Shown one piece after another: positions 37,530 through 49,994 of a DNA stretch of 64,000 bases (within the stretch, counting starts at the first letter, position 1; every line of letters starts with the position of its first letter). The position numbers and the translations under genes are program-made. The stretch covers positions 9,176,001 through 9,240,000 of the forward strand of contig OZ024753.1 in assembly GCA_964016885.1 (NCBI GenBank). The letters are read 5' to 3'. The notes beneath the pieces were generated by a model. It made no database searches, had not been told where the DNA came from, and worked only from the letters and a program-made list of their open reading frames with translations. This stretch comes from Eledone cirrhosa (lineage: Eukaryota).

Positions 37530-38108
37530 AGTGTTAAAGACGTATTTACATTTAAATGTAAATACTTCTCTTATAAAAAGACCACATGGGACAAAAAAAA
37601 AATGAGTGTAAATAAAACTGCTAAAGACAAAATAAATAAGTGATAGGCAAAGTTTACGAAGCTGTCTTGGTTTATAATCAGTTCTTTCAATATATTAATT
37701 AGAAAGATGTTTAGAATTTAATATTCTTCCGATAGTTATCAAATATATTTCTAAATTGGTCAGTTATTATGGACTTGACAACCTCCTTAGATAACTAATT
37801 CTTCCATAATAAAGTGAACCTAGCCATTTCCTTTGTATAATGTAGTTGCCTAAAGCTTGTCTCTTCTAATTTTGTAAACATTGTGTCTGAAATCAATATT
37901 ATGCTGCCAAAAATGTAGCCACAAATGTTTATCGAAAATTAGACAGAAATCTTATGACTTCTATAATTTCTTTCTCCTTTTTCTGAGATCAAATCTTTGT
38001 TTTTCAGACAATACCAGTAATATACATAAGTTGATTGATTCATAGGACTATAAAGATATTTACTAACCAAACATTAGTCATGCGAAGAGTCATAAACAAT
38101 CAATACAA

Positions 38109-38325
38109 TGGTTTCTACTTTAGGAATAAGGCTAACAATTTTGTGAGAGGGGAAAGCCAATTAAATTGACCCCAGTGCATCACTGGTACTTCATATAATT
38201 AGACTCCTTAATGTGAAAGTCGAAGTTAACCTTGGTGGGATTTGAACTCAGAACATAAAGGGACATAACTCTATGCCACAAAGCATGTTGTCTGATGCTC
38301 TACCGATTGCTATCAATCTACCACC
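38109..38325 (-). mobile_element. Older family A SINE
   Basis: GTTTCTACTTTAGG tail, CACTGGTACTT, GGGATTTGAACTCAGA B box. Confidence 0.8.
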
Positions 38326-39142
38326 CAATAAACAATATAATACTACCTAAATAGTCTCACCTACAACAGAATAACATTGAATAGTCTCAACTACTGCCTG
38401 GTTTTCATTCAAAAGAGACAAAATTGAAGAAAAAGAAAGGAAGAAAAAGAAATAGAAAGAAAGAAAGAACGAACGAAAGAAAGTAACAAACAAACAAAAG
38501 AAGAAAAAAAAGGAAAAAAGAAGGAATGAATGAAAGAAAAAGAAACAATGTGATTAACTTAAATATGAATTTTAACAAATATGACTAAGCAAACATTTTG
38601 GCAGCCTAATTGCAGGTGTCAATCCAAATTTTGGCATTTCTAATAAAGTTACCTATAAGAATGTTTGAAGGTTTCAATGAAAATTTAGCATAAAAATATG
38701 ACAGAGCACCGTTATTTACTTTAATTGACAGTCAGAAATTGGTGGCCGCCATTTTTGATTCCTTTCTTTCAACAATGATGAATTTTGATTGCAGAATAAA
38801 TAAGACTTGAAAAAGTACACACGGTTTCAGAGTGTAAAACCTAAGAATTGAATCAAAGACAATTGCATAAAGAGGAAGTGTATTTAATTTACGTTGTTGG
38901 CAGCTGGTGCTTTCTATATTGCTTTAAATTGTTTAAAAAGAACAATTTTATCTCATGCGACTGAGTGCCTCAATTTGGAAATTGGAAAAGAAAAATTACG
39001 CAGTTCTAATCATTGTCCTGAAAATCAACTTTACAAATTGGATGAGTCTCTGCTTATCCCTAAGGCAAAATCATTACTTTTATGATTAAGGACAACTTGC
39101 ATATGTACATGCATAGACACACACATAAATCCTCCATTATTA

Positions 39143-39345
39143 CGGTGGATTGGCAGTATCGGTAGCGGGTCGGGCGCCATGCTTTGAAGCATAGAGTTAC
39201 CTCCCTTTATGATGTGAGTTCAAATCCCACCGAGGTTAACTTTGCCTTTCATCCTTACGGGGGGGGGGGGGGGGGCGATAAAAATAAAGCACCAGTAATG
39301 CACTGGGATAATTGCTGGCCTGGTGCCAAAAGTAGAAACATTTAT
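39143..39345 (+). mobile_element. Family A SINE with expanded internal G tract
   Basis: Full consensus; GGGGTC replaced by a long G run. Confidence 0.9.
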
Positions 39346-39848
39346 TACATACATGCATGCACACATATGCACACGCACATACACACATATGCACACGCAC
39401 ATACACACATATGCATGCACAAACCAATTGCAACAATTTTATAAAACTAAAACAATATTTTACTTGAAATATCTCTCTCACTTGTACATCTCTATTTCTT
39501 CAAACTAAGCAAGATAAATGTTTCCTCCAAGAATTCTCATGTACTGTAAATAAATTATTCTTGTAAAGTCTGCAGTATTTTAATTACTACAGAAAAACAA
39601 ATCCATGGATACTTAGAGTCAACCAAAATGTCAATTCAACTCCATTAGGAGAAAATATTATTCTTTTACTTTTCTTAGACACAACACTTATTCTAATGAA
39701 AGAGAGACCAGCATTGATTAAATCTATTTACTGGTATACTGAGATATATATGTTTATTTAGTAGTTTAATAACGTAAATTGTTGGACACCATATGTAAAG
39801 ACTTGGCCTTCATATTATATCTACTCAATATTATCTCTACTTTCAAAG

Positions 39849-40040
39849 GGCAGTAGATTGGCAGTATCGGTAGAGGGTCGGACGCCATGCTTTGACGCAT
39901 AGAGTTACGCCCTTTGCCATTCTGAGTTCAAATCCCGCCGAGGTTAACTTTGCCTTTCATCCTTATGGGGTCGATAAAATAAAGTACCAGTAATGTACTG
40001 AGTAATTACTGGTCTTGTGCCAAAAGTAGAAACAATTATC
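39849..40040 (+). mobile_element. Family A SINE with 19-bp TSD
   Basis: ATTATCTCTACTTTCAAAG on both sides. Confidence 0.93.
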
Positions 40041-40231
40041 TCTACTTTCAAAGAACTTTCCCCTGAAGACGGAATACATTCTTCCAATATTTGTTGTTTC
40101 AATGTATTGAAATAATTGATATTGTTTCTTAATTGAAGAAACTATGGTTAGGGATACTATATGAGTAAAACTGACTTATCTTAATTGGTCTAGTTTAAAT
40201 CCCACCAATCGAGATTTTGGTTTAAGTTTAA

Positions 40232-40590
40232 TTGCACTGGTCGCCGTCGAGACCTCAGGCATACTTGGACTCCATACTGCTGAGATCTTTGCAAGATCAG
40301 AGCATCAGCAGCCTGTCTGAGGAGGGAGCCACGCGAGGTTGGATGGCTGTTGCAGCGGGTGTCACTGGCCATCGTCTGGGGGAATGCTTTTGCTGCAATG
40401 TCAGTAGGGCGCAGCACTTCTGCCCTCTTGCCCTAGGCCCAAAGCCCAATCCCCCTCTCTTCTGCGACACCAGAGTTCTTGCCATACCCTCCTCTTTCCA
40501 CTCTTTTCTCTTTTTTCTCTATATTTCCCTATTCTTTTTTTTTCTTTCCTTTTTTTTAAAATTATTGTTGTCTTTATTATTATTATTATC
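40232..40590 (+). mobile_element. CRE-like retrotransposon 3' fragment
   Basis: ALVAVETSGILG..REVGWLLQRVSLAIVWGNAFAAMS, pyrimidine-rich UTR, (ATT)n. Confidence 0.8.
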
Positions 40591-40938
40591 ATCCCTTGTC
40601 ATTCTGAGTTCAAATCCTGCCGAGGTTAACTTTGTCTTTCATCCTTACGGGGGTCGATAAAATAAAGTACCAGTAATACACTGGGTAATTGCTGGCCTTG
40701 TGCCAATAATAGAAACAATTATTATTATTATTGTTACTGTAAATAATTGTTTCTACTTTAGGCACAAGGCCAGCAATTACCCAGTACATTACTGGTACTT
40801 TATTTTATCGACCCCGTAAGGATGAAAGACAAAGTTAATGTCGGTGGGATTTGAACTCAGAATGACAAGGGATAATAATAATAATAATAATAATAATAAA
40901 GACAACAATAATTTTAAAAAAAGGAAAGAAAAAAAAAA
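40534..40938. repeat. Inverted duplication of a truncated family A SINE plus its 5' flank
   Basis: 40534-40720 mirrors 40745-40938; both copies are truncated at CCCTTGTCATTC and share the TTTGTCTTTC variant. Confidence 0.9.
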
Positions 40939-41326
40939 TATCATGCATATATATTATTCCCTTGCAAGCAGGGAAAAGCAGACGTAAAATGATAATGATG
41001 ATGATGATATTATTAAGATGAAGGCACACAGCCTAGTGGTTAGTGTAACCAGCTCACAGTCATGTCCTGAGTACAATTCCTAAGGTTGTATTGTGGCCTT
41101 GAGCATGATTTTTTAAATTTAATATTGCTCCAGTTTATTCTACTGGAAATATGAGTTGTACATGTAATTAAAAATGCCTACTCTGTCATACACTGCACCA
41201 TGCTGAATCTCCCTGAGAACTATGTTGAAGGCGCACATGTCAGGGGAATGTACATGTTAATTTCATGAGCAGGTTGTTTTCATTAACCAAACAACTTGGA
41301 CACTTATAACAGATGGAAGTGCAATA

Positions 41327-41822
41327 CAAGGGTCAGCTGAAAAGCTCATAGTCTGACCAAGATACTCTCATGGAATGACCAAATGAGGTTTACTTTTCAA
41401 CATAGTCCATGGAAAGAAACAATGGAGTTATTGGTGGATTGGCAGTATCGATAGAGGGTCGGACGCCATGCCTTGCAGCAAAGAGTTACGGCCCTTTATG
41501 GTCTGAGTTCAAATCCCGCCGAGGTTAACTTTGCCTTTCATCCTTACTGGGGGTCGATAAAATAAAGTACCAGTAATGTACTGGGTAATTGCTGGCCTTG
41601 TGCCAAAAGTAGAAACAATTATATGAAGGTTAGCTGAAAAGCTCATAGGATGACCAAGATACTCTCATGGAATGACCAAATGGGGTTTATTTTTCAACAA
41701 AATCCTTGGAAAGAAACAATACTGTTATTAATAAAAAAAGTTGAAATTAATGCCTGCAAAATTTCATAGCTCTAGCATCACTCTCTCATAGTCAGCCTAT
41801 GAACTTTTCAGATGACCCTCAT
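41327..41822. mobile_element. mariner-like MITE interrupted by a family A SINE (41433-41622), with its left ~95 bp duplicated
   Basis: TIR AGGGTCAGCTGAAAAGCTCATAGTCTGAC / GTCAGCCTATGAACTTTTCAGATGACCCT; 41329-41423 repeated at 41627-41720. Confidence 0.8.
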
Positions 41823-42992
41823 TATTATAACCAACTATTATATCAGGGGAAATGAAATGCAGCATATAATTAAATAAGATTTGTTTTCAGTAACATTAGT
41901 AAATTAATTAGACATCAAAAGAATTAAATCTGACTGTCTGCTAATTACACTTCCAGACATTATCGAGCATATTAAGAAAAATTAACAGTTTTTATTTTTT
42001 TTATTTTCAAGATTTCAAAGTCAGTCTTACCAGGTTCAAAATAAGGAAACTGGACACCTTTAAAAGCTATAAATACCAACAATTACCAATTTCTTTAGAC
42101 CAACTATATTAACCACTTAGAAAATAATTAATCAAGTTCTGGTTCAATAGGTAAAATAAAAATAATACATATAGAAATACACACACATACATGTAAAAGT
42201 GATTGGTGTTAGGAAGGGCATCCAGCCATAGAAAACCTGTCAGAGACACTTCCGTATGAGCGAGACACGGTCTCCCGAACAATCCCGCATCAATTGGAAC
42301 AAAACCGTCTAACCCATGCTAGCGTGTAAGATGTACGTTAAACGATTACGAAGATACACAAACGTATAAAAATACACTGGCTATGCTGGTGACATGATAA
42401 AATATACCCAGTAAACACTGTAAAGTGGTTGTGCTGGTGCCATGGTAAAATGTACCTAGTCTGCCCTACATTATATATTATTCATTATACAATCTGGATT
42501 GTGAGAGTGGTGGTGTGTACGAGGACAGTGGTGCTGTTTTGCTTCTCATTTGTAATATTTTTGGTGTTTCTCCACACACGGGCTTCTATATCGTACAGGT
42601 GTGTGTAAATAATGCTTAACCAGTTCACCCCCATGATGCTCTTGATTGCCTGCTTTGACTGCTTGTTTTACTTGTAACAATCTGCTGCACTATAATCTTG
42701 TATAAATAGGACACGCGTGCATGCCACACATGTGACTGTTGAATACACTGGCTATTCCAAACTTTCCTTTTGCTTTATCTTAGTAGACTGCCAATGTTTT
42801 ATTTTTATTTTTATTTTTATTTTATTTTAATTTTAATTTTGTCCTTTAATATGACTGTAATCTTTGTATGTAAATTACCATGCTATATTATTATAATGGA
42901 TGTCAACCCACTGTGGGTCAATATATACATATGTTTCTATATGTCTCTTGTGTTGAAAAGGAGGTCAAGTATGTTAAAAATCACTGAATAAT

Positions 42993-43039
42993 TGCTCCGA
43001 AGACTCCAAACCTCGGTTTGGAAGAAACAATTGTAAGCA
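42993..43039 (+). ncRNA. Type I minimal hammerhead ribozyme motif with palindromic loop 3
   Basis: TGCT-CCGAAGA-cTCCAAACCtcGGTTTGGAa-GAAAC-AATT-GTA-AGCA; core has U4>C. Confidence 0.7.
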
Positions 43040-43263
43040 GATAAATGATTTAAACAGAACTTCGATTCATGTAATTTCTATATAACTGCTCTGTAAAACA
43101 ACTGATGTTGTTACATTGAGCTATTTATCTTACTGGTAATAAGATAGTATAAATTACTGTATTTCACTATTTAGGGTATAATATATATATAACTATAAAA
43201 GGTTTTAGTATATACATAACCATAAATAGTATCCTTAATACTATATGTATATATATATGTATG

Positions 43264-43295
<32 letters not shown>

Positions 43296-43299
43296 AATG

Positions 43300-43333
<34 letters not shown>

Positions 43334-43605
43334 AATGTATATATATATGTATATATATATATATAAATATAAATGTATATATATATATATATTTATATAC
43401 ATATATAGATTTATATACATATATATAAATATATATGTATATAAATATATATTTATATACATTATATCTATTTATATACATATATATATTTATATATAGA
43501 TTTATATACATATATACATATATAAAAAAGCGAGAATCGCTAATACATATAAACATATATACATATATACATATATACATATAAACATATATACATATAT
43601 ATACA

Positions 43606-43866
43606 TTTCCTTGAGCAAGACACTTTATTTCACATTGCTCCAGTTTACTCAGCTGTAGAAATGAGATGATAGGGACTGAGGTCCTTATCATTCCACTGTA
43701 AAGTGGTTGTGGAGGTGCCACAGCAAAAAAGCACCCAGCACTCACTGTAAATGAGGTTGGTGTTAGGAAGGGCATCCAGCTGTAGAAATCAAGCCAGCAT
43801 CAGTTCCCGTCCCACCCTTGCAAGCAGGGAAAAAGCGGACGTAAAATGAAATGATGATGATGATGA
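43606..43866 (+). mobile_element. 5'-truncated family B SINE within (TA)-rich microsatellite
   Basis: Starts at TTTCCTTGAGCAAGACAC; RTE-type tail present. Confidence 0.9.
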
Positions 43867-43869
43867 TAC

Positions 43870-44271
43870 ATATATATATTTATATACATATATACATATA
43901 TATATTTGTATACATATATACATATATTTATATATATATTTGTATACATATATACATATATTTATATATATATTTGTATACATATATACATATATATATA
44001 TATTTGTATACATATATATATATATATTTGTATACATATATATATATATATTTGTATACATATATATATATATATTTGTATACATATATATATATATATT
44101 TGTATACATATATACATATATTTATATATATATTTGTATACATATATACATATATTTATATATATATTTGTATACATATATACATATATTTATATATATA
44201 TTTGTATACATATATACATATATATATATATATTTGTATACATATATACATATATATATATATATATTTGT

Positions 44272-44321
<50 letters not shown>

Positions 44322-44360
44322 ATTTATATACATATACACACACACACATATATATATGTC
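43870..44360. repeat. (TA)n-derived satellite punctuated by TTTGTATACA
   Basis: Direct inspection. Confidence 0.9.
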
Positions 44361-44646
44361 TGTGTATTACATAACCAAAACATTTTCCTATAACACTATT
44401 TCTAATCATGTTTTTCTCCATTTCATGTCATTGCAGCAGAATCTAATTCAGTAAGTGAGTTATGATATATTATTTTTAAAACTCTCTAACACAGGAGAGG
44501 AAGAGAAGTTCACATATGAGACGATAAAATGTGTAACCTCTGAAACAGTGGCACATTACACCTCATAAACAGTACAGCCTGACAACCTATAAAGAGTGTT
44601 AGTATTAATCTTATTTAAATAAACAATCAAATATGACTAATTACTA

Positions 44647-44963
44647 TCATCATCATCATCATTTTACGTCCACTTTTCCCTGCTTTCAAGGGTGGGATGG
44701 GAACTGATTCTGGCTTGATTTCTACAGCTGGATGCCCTTCCTAACACCACCTCATTTACAGTGAGTGCTGGGTGCTTTTTTGCCGTGGCACCTCCACGAC
44801 CACTTTGCAGTGGAATGATAGGGACCCCAGTCCCTATCATCTCATTTCTACAGCTGAGTAAACTGGAGCAATGTGAAATAAAGTGTCTTGCTCAAGGAAA
44901 CAAGACATCACCCGGTCTGAAAATTGCAAGGCCAATGCTCTAACCACTAAGCCATGTGCCTCC
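44647..44963 (-). mobile_element. Family B SINE with B-box deletion
   Basis: Consensus with about 22 bp missing between two ATTG motifs. Confidence 0.9.
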
Positions 44964-45054
44964 ACATATTTAGATATAAAACAGTCAAAAATAACTAACT
45001 GGGTATTTCATTACCATAGTTCTAATGAAAGATTCTGCCAATGACTTTCTAAAT

Positions 45055-45425
45055 CGGACCCCATACTGGCAAGCTCCTTCACAAGATCGCAGAGTCGACG
45101 GCCCATCTGAGGGGAGAGCCTCACGAGGTTGGCTGGCTGGCTGTTGCAGCGGTGTCACTGGCCATCGTCCAGGGGAATGCTTTTGCTGTCTTGTCCGCGG
45201 GGAGCAGCCCTCCTGCCCAAGGCTCAAAGCCCAATCACCCCCCCCTACCCCTTCATCCCTCCTCTCTCTTCTGTGACGCCAGAGCTCTGGCCATCTCCTC
45301 CCCATTCCTTTTTCCTTTCTTTTTCTCTTTTTTTTCTCTATATTTCCCTATTCTTTCTTAACTTTTGTTTCCTTTTTTTATTATTGCCATTATTATTCTT
45401 ATTACTATTATTATTATTATTGTTA
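45055..45425 (+). mobile_element. CRE-like retrotransposon 3' fragment
   Basis: WLLQR..VSLAIVQGNAFAVLS; UTR homologous to 40430-40590. Confidence 0.78.
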
Positions 45426-45432
45426 CTCTAAA

Positions 45433-45805
45433 TAATGATTTCTTTATTGTCCACAGGGGCTGACATCAAGAAAAACATTACAGACGGCACAGGACGGTAC
45501 AGGACGGTACGATGTGGGTTTTGTGCGTGTAAAGATTTTTATTATTTATATAAGAAAAGAAAAAGACATAGAAACATATATATATATATAAACAATAAAA
45601 ATGAAAATTGAAACAATGAAAAATTCCCCAATAGGGGGGAAACCTCCGAGGATTACTCATGGCGAAAACACACGAAAGACCACAGCCACCCTGACCACCA
45701 GTGCAAGCGCCCTTTCTCAATTTTTCCATTTCTCAAACTACAGGCATATATTCAGAGCGGTCCCGTTCACTCGGACCATTCTCGCTACATTCACCCACCT
45801 TTCAA
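45433..45805 (-). mobile_element. Possible Tx1/L1-like LINE 3' end
   Basis: Minus strand ERWVNVARMVRVNGTALNICL*, T-rich UTR, AATAAAGAAATCATTATT terminus; clade assignment is weak. Confidence 0.4.
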
Positions 45806-46171
45806 GTTACTGTAAATAATATCATGTTTAAATAAATACTTTTAATGTTTTCAAAGATAATCAAGATTTTGAAGGATTTATTATTATTACCAAGTTTCAT
45901 ATAACTAAGTTGGTGTTTGAAGACATTGTAACAAAGGTTATATAAAGTTATGAATAGTGTTTAGATATAAATCCCCTGTAAAGTTGTGATCAACAGATCA
46001 AGAGAGCCCTTTGGTCTTGTTGAGGACATGTCTACCTCTCTATTGTAAGTGCATATAAATCCTCTGAAAAATGGTGATGAACAGATCAAGGAAACTCTTT
46101 GATCCTTTTGAGGACTTGTCTATCTCTCTTATGTAAGTGACATGATAATACGCACCTAATACACTCTAGAA

Positions 46172-46497
46172 TTTGGCAGTGTTGATGTCATGATAAAATG
46201 CATCTAATATACTTTGTAAAGTGTTAGTGCTGGTGCCAGGATAAAATGCATTCAATACACTCTGTAAAGTGGCAACTGCAGGGTCATAATTTAATGTACT
46301 CCATACATTCTGTAATGTTGTGGTATTGTTGCCATGATAAAATACATCCAGTACATTCTGCAAAGTGGTTGGTGTAAGGAAGAGCATACAGCTATAGAAA
46401 TCATGCCAAAATCTGAAACATATGAGCAAGATCTTGTTCCTCAAACCATTTAGTCTCAGACTATGATGATTCATTTAATCCATGCCAACATAGAAAA
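46172..46497 (+). mobile_element. Old SINE-B-type 3' region with four ~47-bp sub-repeats
   Basis: GTG.TGGTGCCA.GATAAAATGCA..CA.TACA.TCTGTAAAG units, then GTGGTTGGTGTAAGGAAGAGCATACAGC. Confidence 0.7.
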
Positions 46498-46504
46498 CAA
46501 ACCC

Positions 46505-46870
46505 TGTACTGTCGAGCTCCTCTGCAAGATTGGAACGTCTGTGGCCCATCTGAGGAAAGAGCCCTGTGAGGTGAGGTGGGGGTGGCTGTTGCAGTAGGTG
46601 TCGCTGGCCGTTGTCCACGGGAATGCTTTTGCAGGCTTGTCCATGGGTCACAGCCTTATTACCACTGCGCCCTAGGCCCAGAGCCCAATCACCCTCCCCC
46701 CATTCCTCTGTGACACGAGTATCCTTGCCATTCCCTTCCTTTTCCGTTTTTTTTTTATATATATTTTTTCTTAATTTACATTCCATTCTTTCTTCTCAAT
46801 CTAAATTTTCAGTTTGTCATTTTCTATTAAACAGTACATGATATATTTCATAAATAAATAAAATTAAATT
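46505..46870 (+). mobile_element. CRE-like retrotransposon 3' fragment
   Basis: WLLQ*VSLAVVHGNAFAGLS followed by the shared UTR. Confidence 0.75.
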
Positions 46871-47530
46871 AAATATTAATGATGATGATCATCATCATGA
46901 TAAACACTTTCAAACAAACAGATTTGTATATTAGTCTAAAGGGTGGTTTTATGAGGTTTGATGTTGAAAGAGTTAATGATAAACAAAGGAGACAGATTTG
47001 AAAATAAACAACGTAGAATATATGGAGAAAAAAAATGAAATGTTTTGAAAGATATTACAAATTAAAGATATTTGACTATGCTGATGATAAAAATGTGTGA
47101 TAAAAAATATGACTAAAGAAGTAAAATTTAATAGTGGCTAGTAAAAAGATAAACAGATGCATAGAAGGATATAGGTTGAATACTGCCAAGCTTTCTATCC
47201 ATTGTTCTAATACTATCAATTCACAGCCTAAGGTAACATCATCAATATACTAAAATAAGTACTGTGGTTGACATTTTTAACAAAAACTCTTCATAGGTGA
47301 TAAGACAGTATTGCTAATGTCCAATAATTGAAACCAATAAAAGAAAGAATAAGACCATTGAATTGAATTTTAACTTTTAATTAAACCCTAACCCAAAGCT
47401 ACTATTTGCAAATGTAATTATTTTTCAGAAAATAAATTGTATGAAAAAATCATTGAGAATTTATTTCTTAAAGATGTTTTTAAGTTGTTTCAGCAATCGT
47501 TGCGAATTATACAATATGTGGTGGGTAAGT

Positions 47531-48074
47531 CAGAGTCGGATTTAAGGGGGGTGAGGCAATTGCTCTGGGCCCTCAGAGTGGGGAGCTCCAACAGGGACAA
47601 CCATAGCAATTTATTTGTGCCTTCTACTCAGCTTTTTAGTTTTATCCCCTTGGAAATGAGAGCTATATTTTTAAACAAAAAGTATTTAATGTCCTTACTG
47701 TGGAAAAATTCATCAAATTTTCTCAACTTTAGCGACATCCCGTTGTTTTTAGAACAATATTCTAATAAAAAGTATTTGATGTCACTGTGTAAAGTGGTTG
47801 CGCTGGTATCACAAAAACAATACATCTAGTAAACTTAGGAAGGGCACCAACCATAGAAACCATGTTAAATATGTAATGTATAAGCAAGAGGAGGTCACTT
47901 CGATATGTTTGCTCAGACTGCGACAACCTGTCCAACACATGCCAGTGTGGAAAGTGGGCATAAAATGAGGATGATTAGATTTTTTGGAATTTAATACCTG
48001 TATGGATAACTTTTCAATTCCAGTTACTAGCTTGGTGTGTATGAACAGCCCCTCAAAGTCTAAATCCAGCCCTG
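47531..48074. mobile_element. hAT-like MITE with a nested SINE tail fragment
   Basis: TIR CAGAGTCGGATTTA / TAAATCCAGCCCTG; TSD GGGTAAGT / GGGTGACT. Confidence 0.7.
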
Positions 48075-48183
48075 GGGTGACTAACAATATTTACTAATCT
48101 GACTCAATACAACTAGTGGGTTCTCATTTGGGCACATGAAGGTTGTAACCCTAAATTTTATTTTTTCATAAATACTATTATAT

Positions 48184-48622
48184 GCATGGCTTAGTGGTTA
48201 GAGCATTGGGCTTGCAATCGAAAGGTTGTGAGTTCAATTCTCAGACCGGGTGATGTGTTGTTTCCTTGAGCAAGACACTTTATTCCACATTGCTCCAGTT
48301 TACTCAGCTGTAAAAATGAGATGATAGGGACTGGGGTCCATATCATTCCACTGCAAAGTGGTCGTGGAGGTGCCATGGCAAAAAAGTACCCAGCCCACAC
48401 TGTAAAGTGGACATGTAGGCGCCACGGAAAAAAGCACCCAGCACACAGTGTAAATGAGGTTGGTGTTAGGAAGAGAATCCAGCTGTAGAAATCAAGCCAG
48501 AATCAGTTCCGTATGAGCAAGACAAGGTCAGCCGACCGGACACTGCCCACAACAGGACAACCCATCTAACCCATGCTGGTGTGGAAGACCGGATGTAAAG
48601 CAGTGATGATGATGATGATGAT
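48184..48622 (+). mobile_element. Family B SINE with duplicated internal sub-repeat
   Basis: Two GG.GCCA.GG.AAAAAAG.ACCCAGC.CAC..TGTAAA units versus one in other copies. Confidence 0.9.
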
Positions 48623-48787
48623 ACAATATGCAATTTATTTGCTAGTCTTTCATCCATTTGAGGTTGATAAAACAAGTACCAGTCTAGTACCTGGGGTCAT
48701 TACATCCTCTAATATTTCTTTCTCACTTCCTCTCTCTCACTCTCTCTCCTTCTGGCCAAAATGAATGGGCTTGCTCTGAGTCTGCAC

Positions 48788-49565
48788 CTTTACAGTCTGA
48801 GTTCAAATCCCGCCGAGGTTAACTTTGCCTTTCATCCTCGCGGGGTCGATAAAAAATAAAGTACCAGTAATACACTGAGATAATTGCTGGCCTTGTGCCA
48901 AAAGTAGAAACAATTATTATTATTATTATATATTATAGAGCGGTGGATTGGCGCATATCAGTAGAGGGTCAGATGCCATGCTTTGCAGCATAGAGTTACG
49001 TTCCTTTACGGCCCGAGTTCAAATCCCGCCGAGGTTAACTTTGCCTTTCATCCTCGCGGGGTCGATAAAAAATAAAGTACCAGTAATACACTGAGATAAT
49101 TGCTGGCCTTGTGCCAAAAGTAGAAACAATTATTATTATTATTATATATTATAGAGCGGTGGATTGGCGCATATCAGTAGAGGGTCAGATGCCATGCTTT
49201 GCAGCATAGAGTTACGTTCCTTTACGGTCCGAGTCCAAATCCCGCCGAGGTTAACTTTGCCTTTCATCCTTACGGGGGGTCAATAAAATAAAGTACCAGT
49301 AATACACTGAGATAATTGCTGGCCTTGTGCCAAAAGTAGAAACAATTATTATTATTATTATATATTATAGAGCGGTGGATTGGCGCATATCAGTAGAGGG
49401 TCAGATGCCATGCTTTGCAGCATAGAGTTACGTTCCTTTACGGTCCGAGTCCAAATCCCGCCGAGGTTAACTTTGCCTTTCATCCTTACGGGGGTCGATA
49501 AAATAAAGTACCAGTAATGCACTGGGATAATTGCTGGCCTTGTGCCAAAAGTAGAAATAATTATT
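48788..49565 (+). repeat. Tandem array of family A SINEs, 216-bp period, about 3.6 units
   Basis: CGGTGGATTGGCGCATATC at 48941, 49157 and 49373, each with an identical ATATTATAGAG spacer. Confidence 0.95.
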
Positions 49566-49994
49566 AATATTATTGCTGCTGTTGTTGTTGTTTTTACACT
49601 TATTGTTTTATTTACCAACTACTTTAAAACTTGATATCACCATTGACAGACAGTGAAATACATAATTTTAATATTACTATTGTTGTTTATGTTATTAATA
49701 AAATTGATAAACTCAAAAGAAATATCAAAAAAGTAATAAATCTCGCTGCTGCTCCCCACCCTAAAATTGTTTATTTTAAACTATTAAATAGAAATATACT
49801 GAATTGAAAAAAGGGGAAATGAAAAATAAAAAAACTAGATAACGAACAATACTAAGTTGAATAGACTTTCAAAAAATACCAAACTATATTGAAAATGTAC
49901 CTGATAGAAATATTTAGCTACATTGCCTAAATATAGTTCCAAGAGAAGTGAAGTAAGTCTTCAGTTCAATATTAACTGAAACTGGGGGGGGGGG

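Noticed and set aside
19272-48400. Recurrent 60-90-aa ORFs (..[35 protein letters not shown]..) that look like a small gene family
   Set aside because: They are the antisense translation of SINE family B.
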